DNA of 64,000 bases from Sphyrna mokarran (GCA_024679065.1 JAGIQG010000043.1:1488001-1552000), one strand, 5' to 3'. Shown: positions 26,301 to 39,355, counted from the first letter of the stretch. Notes: a model not told the origin generated them from the letters alone. Numbers and translations are program-made.

Positions 26301-29300
26301 TGAAAATCCCTCAGTCATCATATCCGGCGCCTGTTCTGGTACGCTGAGAGAAAATATAGCATAGCCAATGCATCCAGCCATCACGACTTTGGGACTGTGG
26401 GCGGAAACTAGAGCACACGAAAACAAAACATGCATCTCCGGGGGGAACATGCAAAGTCCACACAAACGGCGACAATCCAGGAATTTAACCCGGGTCCCTC
26501 GTGCTTTGTGAGAACAATGCTAACCACTCTGCTACCGTGCCACGCTGGCACGGGACGCTTTGGGATCTCCCAAGCAAAGAACGCCTTGCACTTTATTCAG
26601 AAAACCAGCAATATTTTGCACAGTATTAAAATATTTGTAAAGCACTTACTTGTACCGGACCGTCTTGTGTTATCTTTTCATGTGTTTGGCGATGGCGACC
26701 TGTGTAACAGAGTGGAAAATGTCAATTTAAATGAGATCTTGTTCCCGCTCTAATTAAGTTCTAATTAATTTGAGATACAATGATACATTTCAATGCCATT
26801 TTGTACCTATGATCCCAATATGTTCATAGAATCATAGAACCCTACAGTGCAGAAAGAGGCTCTTCTGCCCATCGAGTCTGCATTGAACACTATCTCACCC
26901 AGGCCCTAGCCCCATATCCTTACATATTAAACCCACTAATCCCTCCAACCTACGCATCCCTGGACACTAAGGGGCAATTTCTTAGCATGCCCAATCAACC
27001 TAACCCGCACATCTTTGGACTGGGAGGAAAGTGCAGAACTCCGAGGAAACCCACGCAGACACAAGGAGAATGTGGAAAAAAAATCCACACGGATAGTGAC
27101 TCAAGCCGGGAATGAATTTGATAACCACTGTGCTACCGTGCCGCCTCAAAGTTAGTTGGCCCCTCAGTGTGTCAATCCAAAGAAAACTCCCACAAGTACA
27201 GCGCTTTCCTAGTACATAAAGTGTTCCCAATACGTCTAACTTCCAAACAATATTTCAATGGATCGCAAATCACCAATGGATGGACAAGGGATATTTACAC
27301 CACATGATGTTTATGCCAATCTAGTACTGCGCTGACAGAATTGCTAGCCAATAATTATATTTTTTATTTATGGGACCAACAGATAGATTAATTGCAGATT
27401 TTTTCCTACAGAGGGAAGTTCACATAACACTCAACTAATTTATTCTGCTCTAGCACCGCTTAGCACTGCTGCTTTACAAAGTCACAGAACAGAATTCAAT
27501 TCTGGCCTTGGGCAGTGCCAGTATGGCGTTCGCACTTTCGCCCCGTATCACCGTGGGTTCCCTCTGGGTGTTCCGGTTTAATCCAACGGTCTAAAGATTG
27601 GCAAATTTGGTGTGTTAGCCATGCTCAATTTCTCCATATTGATCAACGATGTCCAGAGTAAATATATTAACCATGTTCAATTGTTCCTTCCAACGATGTG
27701 TATATTAGGTGCATTGTCCATGCTAAAGTTTCCCTTAGTATCCAAAGATGTGCTGATCATAGGGATTGGCCAACCTCAGTGTTCCCTTTGTGTCACAAAT
27801 ATGCATGATAGATGGATTGCACGTGCTACATTGCAACTTAGTATCTAAAGATATGTAGGGTAAGTGGATTTCACATGCGAAATTGCTCCTTAGTGTCCAC
27901 AGATGTGCAGATTAAGTGGATTTGCCGTTCTAAATTGCCCCTTAGTCTCCAATGATCTGTGGATTAGGCGAATTGGCCATGCAAAATTGCTCCTTAGTGT
28001 CCAAAGGTGTGTGAGTTAAGTCGGTTGGCCATGCCTAATTGCCACTTAGCATCATCGGGAAGAGAAAGGCAATGTGTGGAATTCCAGGGATAGTGCCTGG
28101 GTGGGATTATTGTCGGTTCAGACTTGATGGGCCTATTGGCCTCCTTCTGCACTGTAGGGATTATGTGAAATATCCGTTCAATGATATTGAATCGCTACCA
28201 ACATTTGAATGCAGCTTACCCGTCTGTCGCTCATTCTGACCCACTCTGGGCGTTGCCTGTCTCAAGCTCAAACTAGACAAGGAAATGAAAACTATTAAAC
28301 TGGTGTTAATTCCAGCAAATCCTGGCCCAGGTGCCAGAAATACTGAAAATAGAATGCTCAATTTTAAAATACGCAATATTTTCACGTGTACATTGGAATC
28401 GGTGATGTTTTTGAATTGTGTTTAACACAGTATGAAATGCGGAGAGAGTTTTCGTGCTGAATTTGGAAATGGCTCAATTACTCACATTTCATTTTGGGCG
28501 TCTTTTGCTTGCTTTCCTGAAATAAGACAGTGTGATCAGCAATAGAAAACTACAAGGAGAATCACACTAGATGAACAATAATGATATTGTGATGACCTCC
28601 TGATCATTATTCCTCACCTGATCCACCTCTCTTCCAAATCCAGGTAGAAATAAGCACCAAGAGGAGAATCGGGATCACCAGGACAGTTATGATAATTGAA
28701 TGATTCAGATTGCACCATCCTACAAAGAGAAAAGACATAGAAACTGTTGCTGAGTCAAATAATTTTCTTCAAGGATGGGAAAAAGGACCCAGACACTCGA
28801 GTCAATGTTACTTGACATTCATTGGCGTTCCCATCAATGAATCATCCATTGGCAAATTCTCTGAAGTTACGATTGACCAAAAACTCAGTTCAACTCACCA
28901 CTTAATTACAATGGCTGCAACATAATTCAGAGGCTGGGAATACTGCGGCAAGTAACTCACCTCATCACTCAAAGAACAAAGAACAACATAGCACAGGAAA
29001 AAGGCCCTTTGGTCCTACAAACCCGTGCCGCCCATTTTAACGCTCAGTGAGTGCCCCATTCCAATCCTTCTTTTACCTACGTCTCTTGGACTCCAGAATA
29101 AAGGTGTGCAAATTTAGAGAATTATATGTGCGCTGGATTCAGGGAGGTCTAATTTAGGGACAATTTGTTGACACCAATCAGCCAAAAAGCACGTCTGTCG
29201 GGGGTGTAAGGAGCACCTGGAGAAAACCCACGCAAGTACGGGGAGAATGTGCAAACTCCCACAGACACAGGCCCAAGTCGAAAATCCGCCCAGGTCCATG

Positions 29301-32300
29301 TATCTGCACAGCAAATATTCACTGATCTGTCGTGATATCCGTCAGTCGGTGCAGTTTAAGCATACACTAACGACATGAAGCACTTAGCAACTCCCGAAGC
29401 AACATCCAAGAACAGCCCTCGCACGACCCACCACGTGTATGTCCCTTTTTGGACAACAAGACTGACCGAACCACCTGTGGCTGTAAAAAAAAAGACATCA
29501 ATAACGACTCTTCAACGCCTGTCCACTACATACAAGGCACAAGTCAGGAGAGCGATCGAGTACTTCCCACTTGCCTGTTCAGTTTAGCTCCAATAACATT
29601 CAAGATGTTTGACACCGTCAAGGTTAAAGGAGCCATTTAATTGGCACCACACACACTCCCTCCGCCACCCATCGCTCTGTGGCAGCAGCGTGTGATGTCT
29701 ACAAGATCCTTAGATATGATCTTCTAAACACATGATCACTTCCAATTAGCTGGACAACAGCAGATACATGGGAGCACTGCTGCATGTAGTTTTCCCTCAT
29801 TCGCTCGTTGTCTTGACTTGCAAATAAGTCCCGTTCCTTCACAGTCGCGAAATAAATATCCTGGAATTTCCTCTCTAACAGTACTGTGGATCAACTCACA
29901 TCAGGTACACTGCAATGTTTAAAGAAAACAGCTTACCAGCACGGCTCAAAGACAACTAAGAATGGGTTAGCGACACCCAGATCTTTCGAATGAAGTAAAA
30001 AAAAAGTCACCTCAAACTGGGGAGTGAAATATTACATGGAATTGCTTGCAACGCATGAACATACAGGATGGAATGCATGGCATAATGTTTGTGATTAGGG
30101 ATCAATAATTTGACAGGCCTGGCAAATTGGTTCCACATTCAGAGTGCGTCAGACTGCATGATAAAATGATCACACCAACATTTATTTGAAAACTAATTCG
30201 GGTAATTATACAGACCAACAGTGTCCGCATCCTGTCGTTGAAAGATCTATTACAATAGTGTGACCTAATTTTCGTTTGCAGCCTTGCACATCTCTTACCA
30301 CCGAATCCGCAACTAATTCAGGTTGTGAATTGCATTGTTACATGTATTTCCACTGGCCTTTCTGATATGTTCCAGATATATAAAATCTGGTATAAAATAT
30401 ATTCTGATATATAAAATCAAATAGCGTAAAATAATCTATAAACCCAAATTTGGCGCTGTTCTAGACCCTGACTTTAATGCAATCAGATTGCAGGTATGAG
30501 GAATTGAAAATAAAACAGAAATACAAGATATTGAAATGAGATTGCAGAAAATTAAAATAATGCCTCAGGAGAAATTGAATTTTAGGAAGTAATAACAACA
30601 CTTTTTTTTCTGACAGAAAAGAGCATCCAGAGTGGGACTAACCCCAATTGAATTCCAAAACCTAATGCCTGAAAATGTGATGGAGGCAGATTCACGAATA
30701 ACGTTCATCAAGGAAACAAGATGAGTTTAAGTGTATTTATTAGTGTCAAAAGTAGGCTCACATTTACTCTGCAATGAAGTTCATTTTAAAATGCGGTACT
30801 CTGGCTTCCGTTAAGGTACACTGAGGGACTATTTAAAATGGAGAATGCTCCTGATCATCACGATTTTCGGACGGTAAGGGGGAAAAAAAGCCTCCGGAGG
30901 AAACCCACACAGACACAGGATGTACATGCAGAACCTGCACAAACAGTGAACCAAGCCAGGAATTGAACAAGGATCCGTGGTGCTTTGAGGCAACAGTGCG
31001 CATCAGAATGATGCTCTCTCACCTATATTCTAAGTTGAAGGGGAAAAGTAATGAAAATTTGCATATTTATCCTATTTAATTAACAGACTTCACTTTGTTC
31101 GTACATTATCTCAACTGAGTTGAATTCAAACCATTATTAAGGAGATTAATAACTCACCTGTCCCACTCTCTGCTGCTTGGGGGAATGACATACTCTTTGT
31201 CCATTGTCCCCATGGAAGTCCCAGTTGAACAATGCAAGTACAGACAGTGCCGCTTCTACAAGTATCTCCCGACACCATGACATGAGTTCTGATGCTGTAG
31301 GTTCCGTCCTCATCCATTATCCCGGGATGACGAGATCCCTCAGTGACCACGCCGGAAATATTCCAGAAAATAGCAATCTGGTTGGAGAAAACTCCACTGA
31401 CCAAACACACTAAGGGCATGGTATCGCTTAAATTCTGCTCACCCGGTGGGACAAATACCTGCACAGCCGTCTTGTTGGTGGAACTGTCTAAACAAAGATT
31501 GGGACACAGTGAACGATTAATTTACACGCAAATGGTAATGCAGTGCGCAATCTGAATACACTTATTTTGCTCTCTTACCTCCAACAACTAGTGTGGGCCC
31601 ATTCTGGAGAGGTCCATATCCAACTTTATATGTACAGTAGTAGGAACCCGAATCACTCGTCTGGACATTGCGAATTTTGAGAATCAATGCATGACCCTGA
31701 TTGCCTTTTTCAGAAATAAACTTACAGCCGGGCCCAGTACAGGATGAAATATTTATTAGTACCGGGGATTCGCCCAGACGCTGCTTGCACCAAGCATAGC
31801 TAGACACCAGATCCTGTTCATCAGTGTAATGACAGGGTAATTCCACCATCTGGCCCACTTCAGCTGTTATTGTCAAGGGGGTTTGAGACAGATGGGACTC
31901 AGAATCTGTAGCTGGAGAGATTGTTATTACATTACAACCGAGTGCTGAAATATCTAAATCCACACTTTCCAAAACTCCTCACCTGTAATTGAATTTTAAA
32001 GTTTACTTGTTATTCTCACAAGTAGACTTAAATGGACATTGCAAAGAAGTTACTGTGAAAATCCACCAATCACCACAATACGGTCCCTATTCCGGTGCAC
32101 TAAGGGAAAATATAACATGGCCATTGCACTTAACCAGCGTATCTTTTAGACTGTGGCACGCAGAGAAAATCCACGCAGTCATGGGGAAGAAAGTACAAAT
32201 CCCACAAGGCAGTGATCCCAGTCGGGAATCGAACCTGTGTCCCTAGCTCTGTGAGTCAGTCATTTTTACCATTGTGCCACCAATCTCATTGTCCTTTGTA

Positions 32301-32542
32301 AATACTGTTGGTTCTATTTATTCATTAATTTATCTGTTCCTGTTCGAGGGATGGAACTAATGATTAATTGATATAATCAGATCAAATTCCTTCACCTAAA
32401 CACTGGCTCATGTTTTCAGCTTGCAAAATTCAAAGGCTGCTTTATAAAAGAGTTTCCGCTTAAAATTCGCACCCGCCTGTCACTCACAGTGAAGTCGCAA
32501 TACTTGTAATATGAGTATCACAAATAAAAATTCCTGGACCAT
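23246..32542 (-). CDS. Non-rearranging VJ-C1-TM immunoglobulin-superfamily receptor, gene 1 (8 exons, 341 aa)
   Basis: Exons 32542-32488, 31911-31579, 31487-31158, 28719-28618, 28516-28486, 28272-28220, 26699-26650, 23317-23246; all GT-AG and phase-compatible; total 1026 nt open to TAA. Confidence 0.82.
25178..25966 (+). mobile_element. Young 5'-truncated CR1 LINE, subfamily B
   Basis: ORF 25136-25699; (TTCTATG)n tail; flanking TGCTTA duplication. Confidence 0.95.
26650..26699 (-). CDS. Gene 1 cytoplasmic exon 3 (GRHRQTHEKITQDGPVQ)
   Basis: ttacacag| ... |gtaagt; phase 1 to 0. Confidence 0.65.
26826..27144 (-). mobile_element. HE1/V-SINE-type SINE, near full length
   Basis: tRNA-like head GGCGGCACGGTAGCACAGTGG, V-core and ATAGAATC tail. 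Confidence 0.88.
27455..28165 (+). repeat. HE1-type SINE containing an expanded degenerate tandem array (about 52-bp period, about 9 units)
   Basis: Unit resembles TTGGCCATGCTAAATTGCCCCTTAGTGTCCAAAGATGTGCAGGTTAGGTGGA; AATTGC recurs at 27881, 27933 and 27985. Confidence 0.85.
28220..28272 (-). CDS. Gene 1 cytoplasmic exon 2 (LSLRQATPRVGQNERQT)
   Basis: tttccttgtctag| ... |gtaagc; phase 2 to 1. Confidence 0.65.
28486..28516 (-). CDS. Gene 1 cytoplasmic exon 1 (GKQAKDAQNE)
   Basis: tcttatttcag| 31 nt |gtgagt; phase 1 to 2. Confidence 0.7.
28618..28719 (-). CDS. Gene 1 stalk/transmembrane exon (GWCNLNHSIIITVLVIPILLLVLISTWIWKRGGS)
   Basis: tttctctttgtag| 102 nt |gtgagg; hydrophobic span followed by KR; not listed in the ORF track. 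Confidence 0.85.
28975..29485 (-). mobile_element. Truncated copy of the long SINE-containing CR1 3' UTR
   Basis: Reverse complement of 61170-61630-like sequence; (AAAGAAC)n tail. Confidence 0.7.
31158..31487 (-). CDS. Gene 1 C1-set Ig exon
   Basis: VQVFVPP..PLVCLVSGV..IFWN..DEDGTYS..CTCIV; tttgtttag| and |gtgagt, phase 1 to 1. Confidence 0.9.
31579..31911 (-). CDS. Gene 1 germline-joined VJ Ig exon
   Basis: LSQTP..GQMVELPC..WCKQ..LKIRNVQTSDSGSYYC..LQNGPTLVVG; tctctccag| and |gtaaga. Confidence 0.92.
32488..32542 (-). CDS. Gene 1 leader exon (MVQEFLFVILILQVLRLH)
   Basis: Kozak-like CCAACATGG, hydrophobic core, phase-1 donor gtgagt. Confidence 0.8.
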
Positions 32543-33039
32543 GTTGGTAGAGTTTTCCTTGTATTCTGTCACACTGCTTGGCTTCTGCAGACTGACCTGA
32601 TCTCACACCTACTGAGTTGTTTTTTTTTCAGCTTAGATGGAAACTATGACGAATTGGGCTGTGGAAAGTATGACACCAATGTGGGCCGTGTTGGGGCGAA
32701 CACAACATTTGTTTGACATACCTCAGTGTTTGTGCGCGACAGCACCCAAATGGTAGAATATAATCAACATGTTTTTTTTTTCTCGATTGTAAGACAGGGT
32801 ACAATTGGTACCCTGATTGCTCTGGGTGAACATATGAAAAAGTTTATATCCCTGTCCATTTAACAATTTTTGGACATGTGCAGCATTGCATGGACAACAT
32901 TCATTGCCTATCCCTGATTATATTTGGAGGGCATTTTAAACTCAAACACGTTGCTGTCGCTTCAAAGTCACCTGTAGGCCAGACGAGTTAAGGACTGCAT
33001 ATTTCCTTCGCAGTAGGACATAACTGAACCAGACAAGTT

Positions 33040-34032
33040 ATAGAACATAGAACATAGAACATAGAACAATACAGCACAGAACAGGCCCTTCGGCCTTCGA
33101 TGTTGTGCCGACCAAAATAAAAAGCAATGCCCCTCCTAACTAAACCATTCCCTTCTCTTCCATATACTTATCAATTAACCTCTTAAACGCCACCAAACTT
33201 GGCGCATCTACAACAGCTGCAGGCAGGGCATTCCACTCCCTAATCACTCTTTGAGTAAAGAACCTACCTCTGATATCCGTCCTATAACTCATACCCCTTA
33301 ATTTAAAGTTGTGTCCCCTCGTGCTAGCTTTCTCCATCCTAGGAAAAAGGCTATCACTGTCCACCCTATCCAAACCTCTAATTATCGTATATGTTTCAAT
33401 AAGATCCCCCCTTAGCCGCCTCCTTTCTAACGAAAACAACCTCAAATCCTTCAACCTCTCTTCATAGGACCTGCCCTCCATACCAGGCAACATCCTAGTA
33501 AACCTCCTCTGTACCCTCTCCAATGCCTCCACATCTTTCTTATAATGTGGCGACCAGAACTGCACACAATACTCCAAGTGCGGCCGCACTAGAGTTTTGT
33601 ACAGTTGCAACATGATGCTGCGGCTCCTAAATTCAATCCCCCTACCAATAAAAGCTAAGACTCCATATGCCTTCTTAACAACTTTATCCACTTGACTGCC
33701 TACTTTCAGGGATCTATTGACAAATACACCAAGATCCTTCTGTTCCTCAACACTATTAAGAGCCCTACCATTAGCCCTATACTCTACACATTTATTGTTC
33801 CTGCCAAAGTGCATTACCTCACACTTTTCCACATTAAACTCCATTTGCCACCTCTCGGCCCAGCTCTGCAACTTGTCCAAGTCACTCTGTAAACTAAAAC
33901 ACCCCTCTTCACTATCTACCACACCACCAACTTTAGTATCATCTGCAAATTTACTGATCCATCCCTCAATACCCTCATCCAGATCATTTATAAAAATTAC
34001 AAACAGCAGGGGCCCCAAAACAGACCCCTGAG
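33040..34032 (-). mobile_element. Young 5'-truncated CR1 LINE, subfamily B
   Basis: Uninterrupted ORF 33140-34018 (RT C-terminal part); (ATAGAAC)n tail. Confidence 0.97.
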
Positions 34033-34464
34033 GCCTATTTCCTGATAACCAACAATGGTTTCATGATCATCAGTAGATTCTTAATTCCAGTTTTTTTTAA
34101 AATATAGTAAATTGAAATTCCTCCACCTGCCTTGGTGAGATTCGAACCCGTGTACCAGAATATTACCTGAGTTTCCAAATTAAGTTATCTACTACACCAA
34201 TAGGCCACCACATCACCAGAATCAGAAAACCGTCGGGGAGAACGTGCTGCTGATTAAATTTTTAAGATATCAATTCTGAATATTCTTGGCATTGTCTTCT
34301 TGAGGAAAATATGTCCCAGTATGTTTTGCATTCCTGTTATTTCCGACATCTCAGACCTTTAATCATTCTCAGAAATATTGTTCGTGCCGATTAAAGCGTC
34401 CCAATTTATTCTGTGTGATATGGACCAGTGTAAATTTTTTCTAGCTGCTTTTTCTAGATTTTTT

Positions 34465-35890
34465 TTTCTAGCTGGAGTTCGGTCACTAGTGGTGTGCCAA
34501 AGGACTCGGTACCGGGACGTGTTCTATTTGTAATTTTTATAAATGACTTGGAAGAGGGGGTAGGTGGAGTGATCAGCACGATATCTTTGTATCGTTTGCA
34601 GACGATACAAAGAAGGCTAAGCTTGCGGATAGTGAGGAGCATTGTCCGGAGGTACAGCAGGACATAGATAGGCTGGTAGCTTGGGCAGATTGATGGCAGA
34701 TGGAATTCAATCCTGGTAAATGTGAAGTGATGCATTTCTGGAGAAGGAATGTAGGGAGGAGGTATATGATGAAGGGTAGACCTATTAAGCGATTAGAAAC
34801 GCAGAAGTTCCTGGAGGTGCAGATGCACAAGTCTCTGAAGGTGGCAGAGCAGGTGGAGAAGGTTGTGAAGAAAACATATGGAAGGCTAACCTTTATAGGA
34901 GCGGGTACAGAATACAAGAGCTGGCCTTTAATGTTGCAGTTGTATAACAATTAGTTAGACCTCATTTGGAATATGGTGTCCAGTTCTGGTCGCCTTACTA
35001 CCGGAAGGACATGGTGACTCTGGAGAGAGTGCAGAGAATGTTTACCAGGATGCTACCTGGTATGGAAGGTCTGAGTTATGAGGAGAGGTTAGGCAAATTG
35101 GGGCTGTTTTCCTTAGAAAGACGTAGACTTTGAGGAGAATAGAGGTGTACAAGATTATAAGGGGGATAAATACAGTAAACAGGGTTAAGCTTTTTTCCTA
35201 GGATGGACTCAAACAGCACGAGTGTCACGGGCTTAGGGTGAGGGGGGAAAGGTATAATTTGGATGCTAGAGGGAGTGTTTTCACACAGAGGGTGGTGGGA
35301 GTATGGAATGCGCCGCAAAGTAAAGTGGTTGAGGCAGGCACTTTGGAGTTATTTAAGAAATATTTAAATGGGCACATGAACAAAATGGGAATGGAGGAGT
35401 GTAGAAAATTGATTTAAAATAGGGATCATGAGCCTTGGGATTCCCTGGGAAGTGTGTAAATAGATGCTGATATTGATGTACTTGTTTTTATCCTACAGGT
35501 GCTTTGGCCCGCCTTGTTGTCTAACGAGGGGCATACACGCGATGGTCGTAAGAGGGCTGCTCTTCGATTTTTTTTTCGAGAGTATTCTAGTGCTTCACGT
35601 CGTTAGTGTACGCTTGACCTGGACCATTTGATGGGCAACACGACAGCTCAGTGACTATTGCTGTGCTGTGCCGATACATGAATTTGGGCCTGTGTCCGTG
35701 GGAGTTTGCACATTTTCCCCGTGCATGCGTGGCTTTTCTGCGGGTGCTCCAGTTTCCTCCCACATCCCAAAGATGTTGTCTTAGACTGATTGGCAGAAAA
35801 AAATTCTACCGGAACATCGGTGTGGCGGCACGGGCTCGTTGGGCCGAAGGGCCCGTTTCCTGTGCTGTTTTGTTCTTGTTTGTTCTTTGT
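34465..35890 (+). mobile_element. 5'-truncated CR1 LINE of the long-3'UTR family
   Basis: RT remnants (ORF 34700-34954), then a 3' UTR matching 61085-61633; (TTCTTTG)n tail. Confidence 0.88.
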
Positions 35891-36521
35891 AAATGTGCAC
35901 AGTTAGTCCAAATTTGAATGAAGGCATTTAGTACGAAATAACTGTCTGAATAAAGTTCCAACTATACGTCCCTCTACTTGCTTTTGTATTTTCCCAGTGA
36001 ATTGCCCAAGCAAGTTTATCAAAAAGAGTTGTGCGTCAACATAATTCACAGTGAAAATAACAACAGGTTGGCACGGTGGCACAATACAGTTGTGACCTGA
36101 GTCCAATTCCTGTGAGCAAAAACCACACAGGTTGTCACCAAAGCCAGGAATCGACATCATGTCTCTGGTGCTGTGAGGCAGCAGCGATAATGACTGTGCC
36201 GCCATAAAGGGTCACCGTGCAGAGCAAGCATGTGTTCCCCCCCACCCTCCCCAACCCACGTGTCTGATTTCCTCTGAGTGCTCTTGTTTCCTCAGACAGT
36301 CCAAAAGAAAGGCTGATTATGTGCATTGGTCAGGTTTCATTTTCCTTCTGTGTATCCGAACAGGCTCTGGAGTGTGACGACTTGGGATTTTCACAATAAC
36401 TTCACTGCAGTGTTAATGTAACCCTATTTGTGACACAAATATTTTTAAAAATGAAATGCTTATTATTATCTCTTCGATTTGTAAACTTGCATGAGCTTTA
36501 TCTGACATAGCGTTATAAAAT

Positions 36522-36980
36522 ATAGGTGCTTTGGTCCACCTTCTTGTCGAACGAGGGGCAGACACGCGATGGGTCGTGAGAGGACTGCTCTTGGATCTTT
36601 TTCGAGAGTATCCTACTGCTTCACGTTGTTAGTGTACGCTTGACCTGGACCATCTGATGGGCAACACGACAGCTCAGTGACCATCGCTGTGCTGTGCAGA
36701 TACATGGATTTTGGTCTGTGTCTGTGGGAGTTTGCGCATTCTCCCCGTGCTCGCGTGGGTTTTCTCTGGGAGCTCCGGTTTCCTCCCACATCCCAAAGAT
36801 GTGCTCTTAGGCTAATTGGCAAAGCAAATTCTCCCTAAATTGTCTCAAATTTGGTTTTTAATCCATAGATCTATAAGTATGGTTAGGGATCACGGGTAGA
36901 GATTGGAACACTGGGGTGGCGGCGCGAGCTAGTTGGCCGCAGGGCCTGTTTCCCGTGCTGTTTTGTTCTTTGTTCTTTGT
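36522..36980 (+). mobile_element. 3'-UTR-only copy of the long-3'UTR CR1 family
   Basis: Matches 61170-61633 and 35495-35890. Confidence 0.85.
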
Positions 36981-38689
36981 AAAATCACAATGGTAAAATC
37001 ATAAGGTGAATAGGCAGGACCTTTTACCCAGGGTAGAGGAGACCAAAATTAGAGAGAAAACTTGAAGGTGAGAGAATGACGATTTAAAAGAGTCCTGAGG
37101 GATCTGCGGACATGGATTAACCGGTAAGATGAGATTGGAGACGCGGGCAAATTATTACATCTATTGCGACGGGTACATGGGCCGGAAATATTTAGAGGGA
37201 TTGGGGCCAAAAGGAGGCAAATGTGAATAGCTCGACAAGGAGAGATTGGGCCAAAGGTTCTATTTCTATGCTGTATGTCTCTATCTAATTGTGTTCTAGC
37301 CTGTTCGATGTTTACGCCAATTCGCCCCAGGTTGTCAACACACCGCAAACTGCTAACACAAAGACCCAATGTTTGATCACTGTTTTGTACCTGAAGCGCT
37401 TCAACTCTGCACATAGGAAAGCCACTTAAAGGTTTCGGCTCGAACATTATTTTCCATCTCAAACATGAGATGTTAAAGTGTTCAGAACAACTCCACCCAT
37501 CAGTGCGTTTTGCACAGCCAGGAATAGGATTAGGGAAGGGTGTTTTGAGACTCACAGCAATCAGCTGCGGTCGCAGAAACTCTTTGCTGCCGAGGCTCGG
37601 TGCTCTGCTGCTTTCCTTGCTCACTCATCTCTTCACCAATTAACATCATCCATTTTTGCAACATAGATCAGACACTCAGTAAGGCTCAACACTTTGGGTT
37701 AATTTCAGAACCCACTTTATTAATAATACCTTCCATCAAGCTCTTTGCATTCAGATTAATGTACCTCATTAAGGTAGGGGGTTAATCCCATTGCCAGCAG
37801 CTCACTGGGATCGCACTATGTAACATCTACACAAATGGTAACATTTCAAAAATAATGCCATTTTCTGGAAATGTGTGGAAGGAGCAGAGACAATAAGGAA
37901 ACACGGAAATTGGCCTCCTGGTCACACCCCATACAGACAATATGTGTGTGGTTAACACTGCTGCAGGGAGCTGGGGTCGATTGCTGAATTGAGACACTGT
38001 TTGTGCACATTCTCCCCCTATTTGCGTGGGTTTCCTTCCACAGTCCGAAAGATGTGTTGGTTTGGCCTTGCTAAATTCACCCTAAGTGCACCCGAACAGG
38101 TGATAGAGTTTGGCGACGAGGGGAACTCTAGACAGGTCGTTTAAGTTTATGTGTAATGTCACGTCAACAATGCAATGAAGTCACTGTGAAAATTCCCTGG
38201 TCGCCACACTCCGGCGCCTGGCGGGGCTTCTGAGGGAAAATGTACCCAACCAACACGACTGTGGGAGAAAATCGCATCACCTGGAGGAAGATCATGCAGA
38301 CACGGGGAGAAAATGCAGAATCTGCATAGTCATCAATGCCAGAATTGAACCCGGGTCTCTGGCGCTATGAAGCAGCAGTGCAAAACATTACGCCACCGTG
38401 CCCCCATGATTTATAGCCATCGCTTTAAAATATTAATTATCATTTCTTTTTTCATATAATCCTGTCTTCAGATCTGGCAGTGACAAGCACCGTTTTTAAC
38501 GCTTATTGACAGTCTCAATTATTTCAAAGGATCACCTTAACACGAGTTTGTTCCACAAAGCATTCACATGGGACTGATCTTTCAACAATTTCGACATGCA
38601 CTTCTAATTTCCTCTGAGCGTGGTGAACATTCCAGCCTCAGGAATTATTAAAGTGCAGTGACCAAAAGCTAAGTATCATCAAATTGAGG

Positions 38690-39355
38690 AAGTGTAGAGG
38701 AGAGCATGCCCCTGTTTGAGGCAATGCAAATGGTCGTGAGCTTCAGGTTTCTCAGTGTCCAGATCACCCACAGCCTGTTCTGGACCCTCCACTTCGATGG
38801 GTAGTTAAGGAAATCCAATCAACTCTTTTACCTTCTCAGGACGCTAATGAAAGTCCGCATTTCCGCTACTGGCTCTCACCAACTTTCACAGATGCCTTAT
38901 GGAGGGCATCCTTTTCGGATGTACCACAACTTGGTATGGTTGCTGCTCCGTCCAAGATTGCAAGAAACGCGAAAGTATGGTGAACGTAGCCCAGTCCATA
39001 CGCAAACCAGCCTCCCATCCATTGCCACGGCTACACCTCCTGTTACTTGGAATAGCAGCCAGTATAGTCAGAAATCCCATGCACCCCGGACATGCTCTCT
39101 TTCATTTTCGTCAATCGCAAAATAAATGACAAAATCTGAGATCACCTATCAACCAAATCAAGATCAGCTTCTTCCCTGCTGCCATCAGACTTTGGACTGC
39201 ATCACTCTATCAAGCTGATCTTCCCCTGGAGGTGATTAGAAAGTACCACTATTTTCCTTGTCCCTTATTTACTCTATGAACATATGGATTGCCTGAATGA
39301 CACGCAAGAAACAATACTTTTTACTGTGTCCCAAAATGCAAGCCAATTATAAATC
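38690..39355 (+). mobile_element. Rex1/Babar-like LINE 3' fragment
   Basis: SFRFL.V, LYLLRTL.K, EGILFGCTTTWYGCCSVQDCKK..VNVAQSI resemble Rex1-type RT C-termini (from recall). Confidence 0.65.

Noticed and set aside
27105-27144. tRNA-like sequences at SINE 5' ends
   Set aside because: These are tRNA-derived SINE heads, not complete cloverleaf tRNA genes
27580-28050. CRISPR-like appearance of the 52-bp arrays (also 43810 and 50650)
   Set aside because: Units are degenerate head-to-tail SINE sequence with no unique spacers, there are no cas genes, and the DNA is eukaryotic
28220-28342. Longer 123-nt exon as the gene 1 TM
   Set aside because: Weakly hydrophobic and out of phase with the preceding 31-nt exon; the acceptor at 28273 keeps the frame
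31505-31532. CACAGTG + 12 bp + ACACGCAAA in the gene 1 V-C intron, as a possible RSS
   Set aside because: The nonamer matches only 4 of 9 positions, the site does not abut a coding segment, and no partner 23-RSS was found; likely chance
32485-32491. CACAGTG heptamer at the gene 1 leader
   Set aside because: It is the reverse complement of the splice junction CACT|GTG and has no nonamer
37049-37624. 191-aa ORF (likewise 19617-20204)
   Set aside because: No recognisable domain; both run partly through retroelement remnants and non-coding flank
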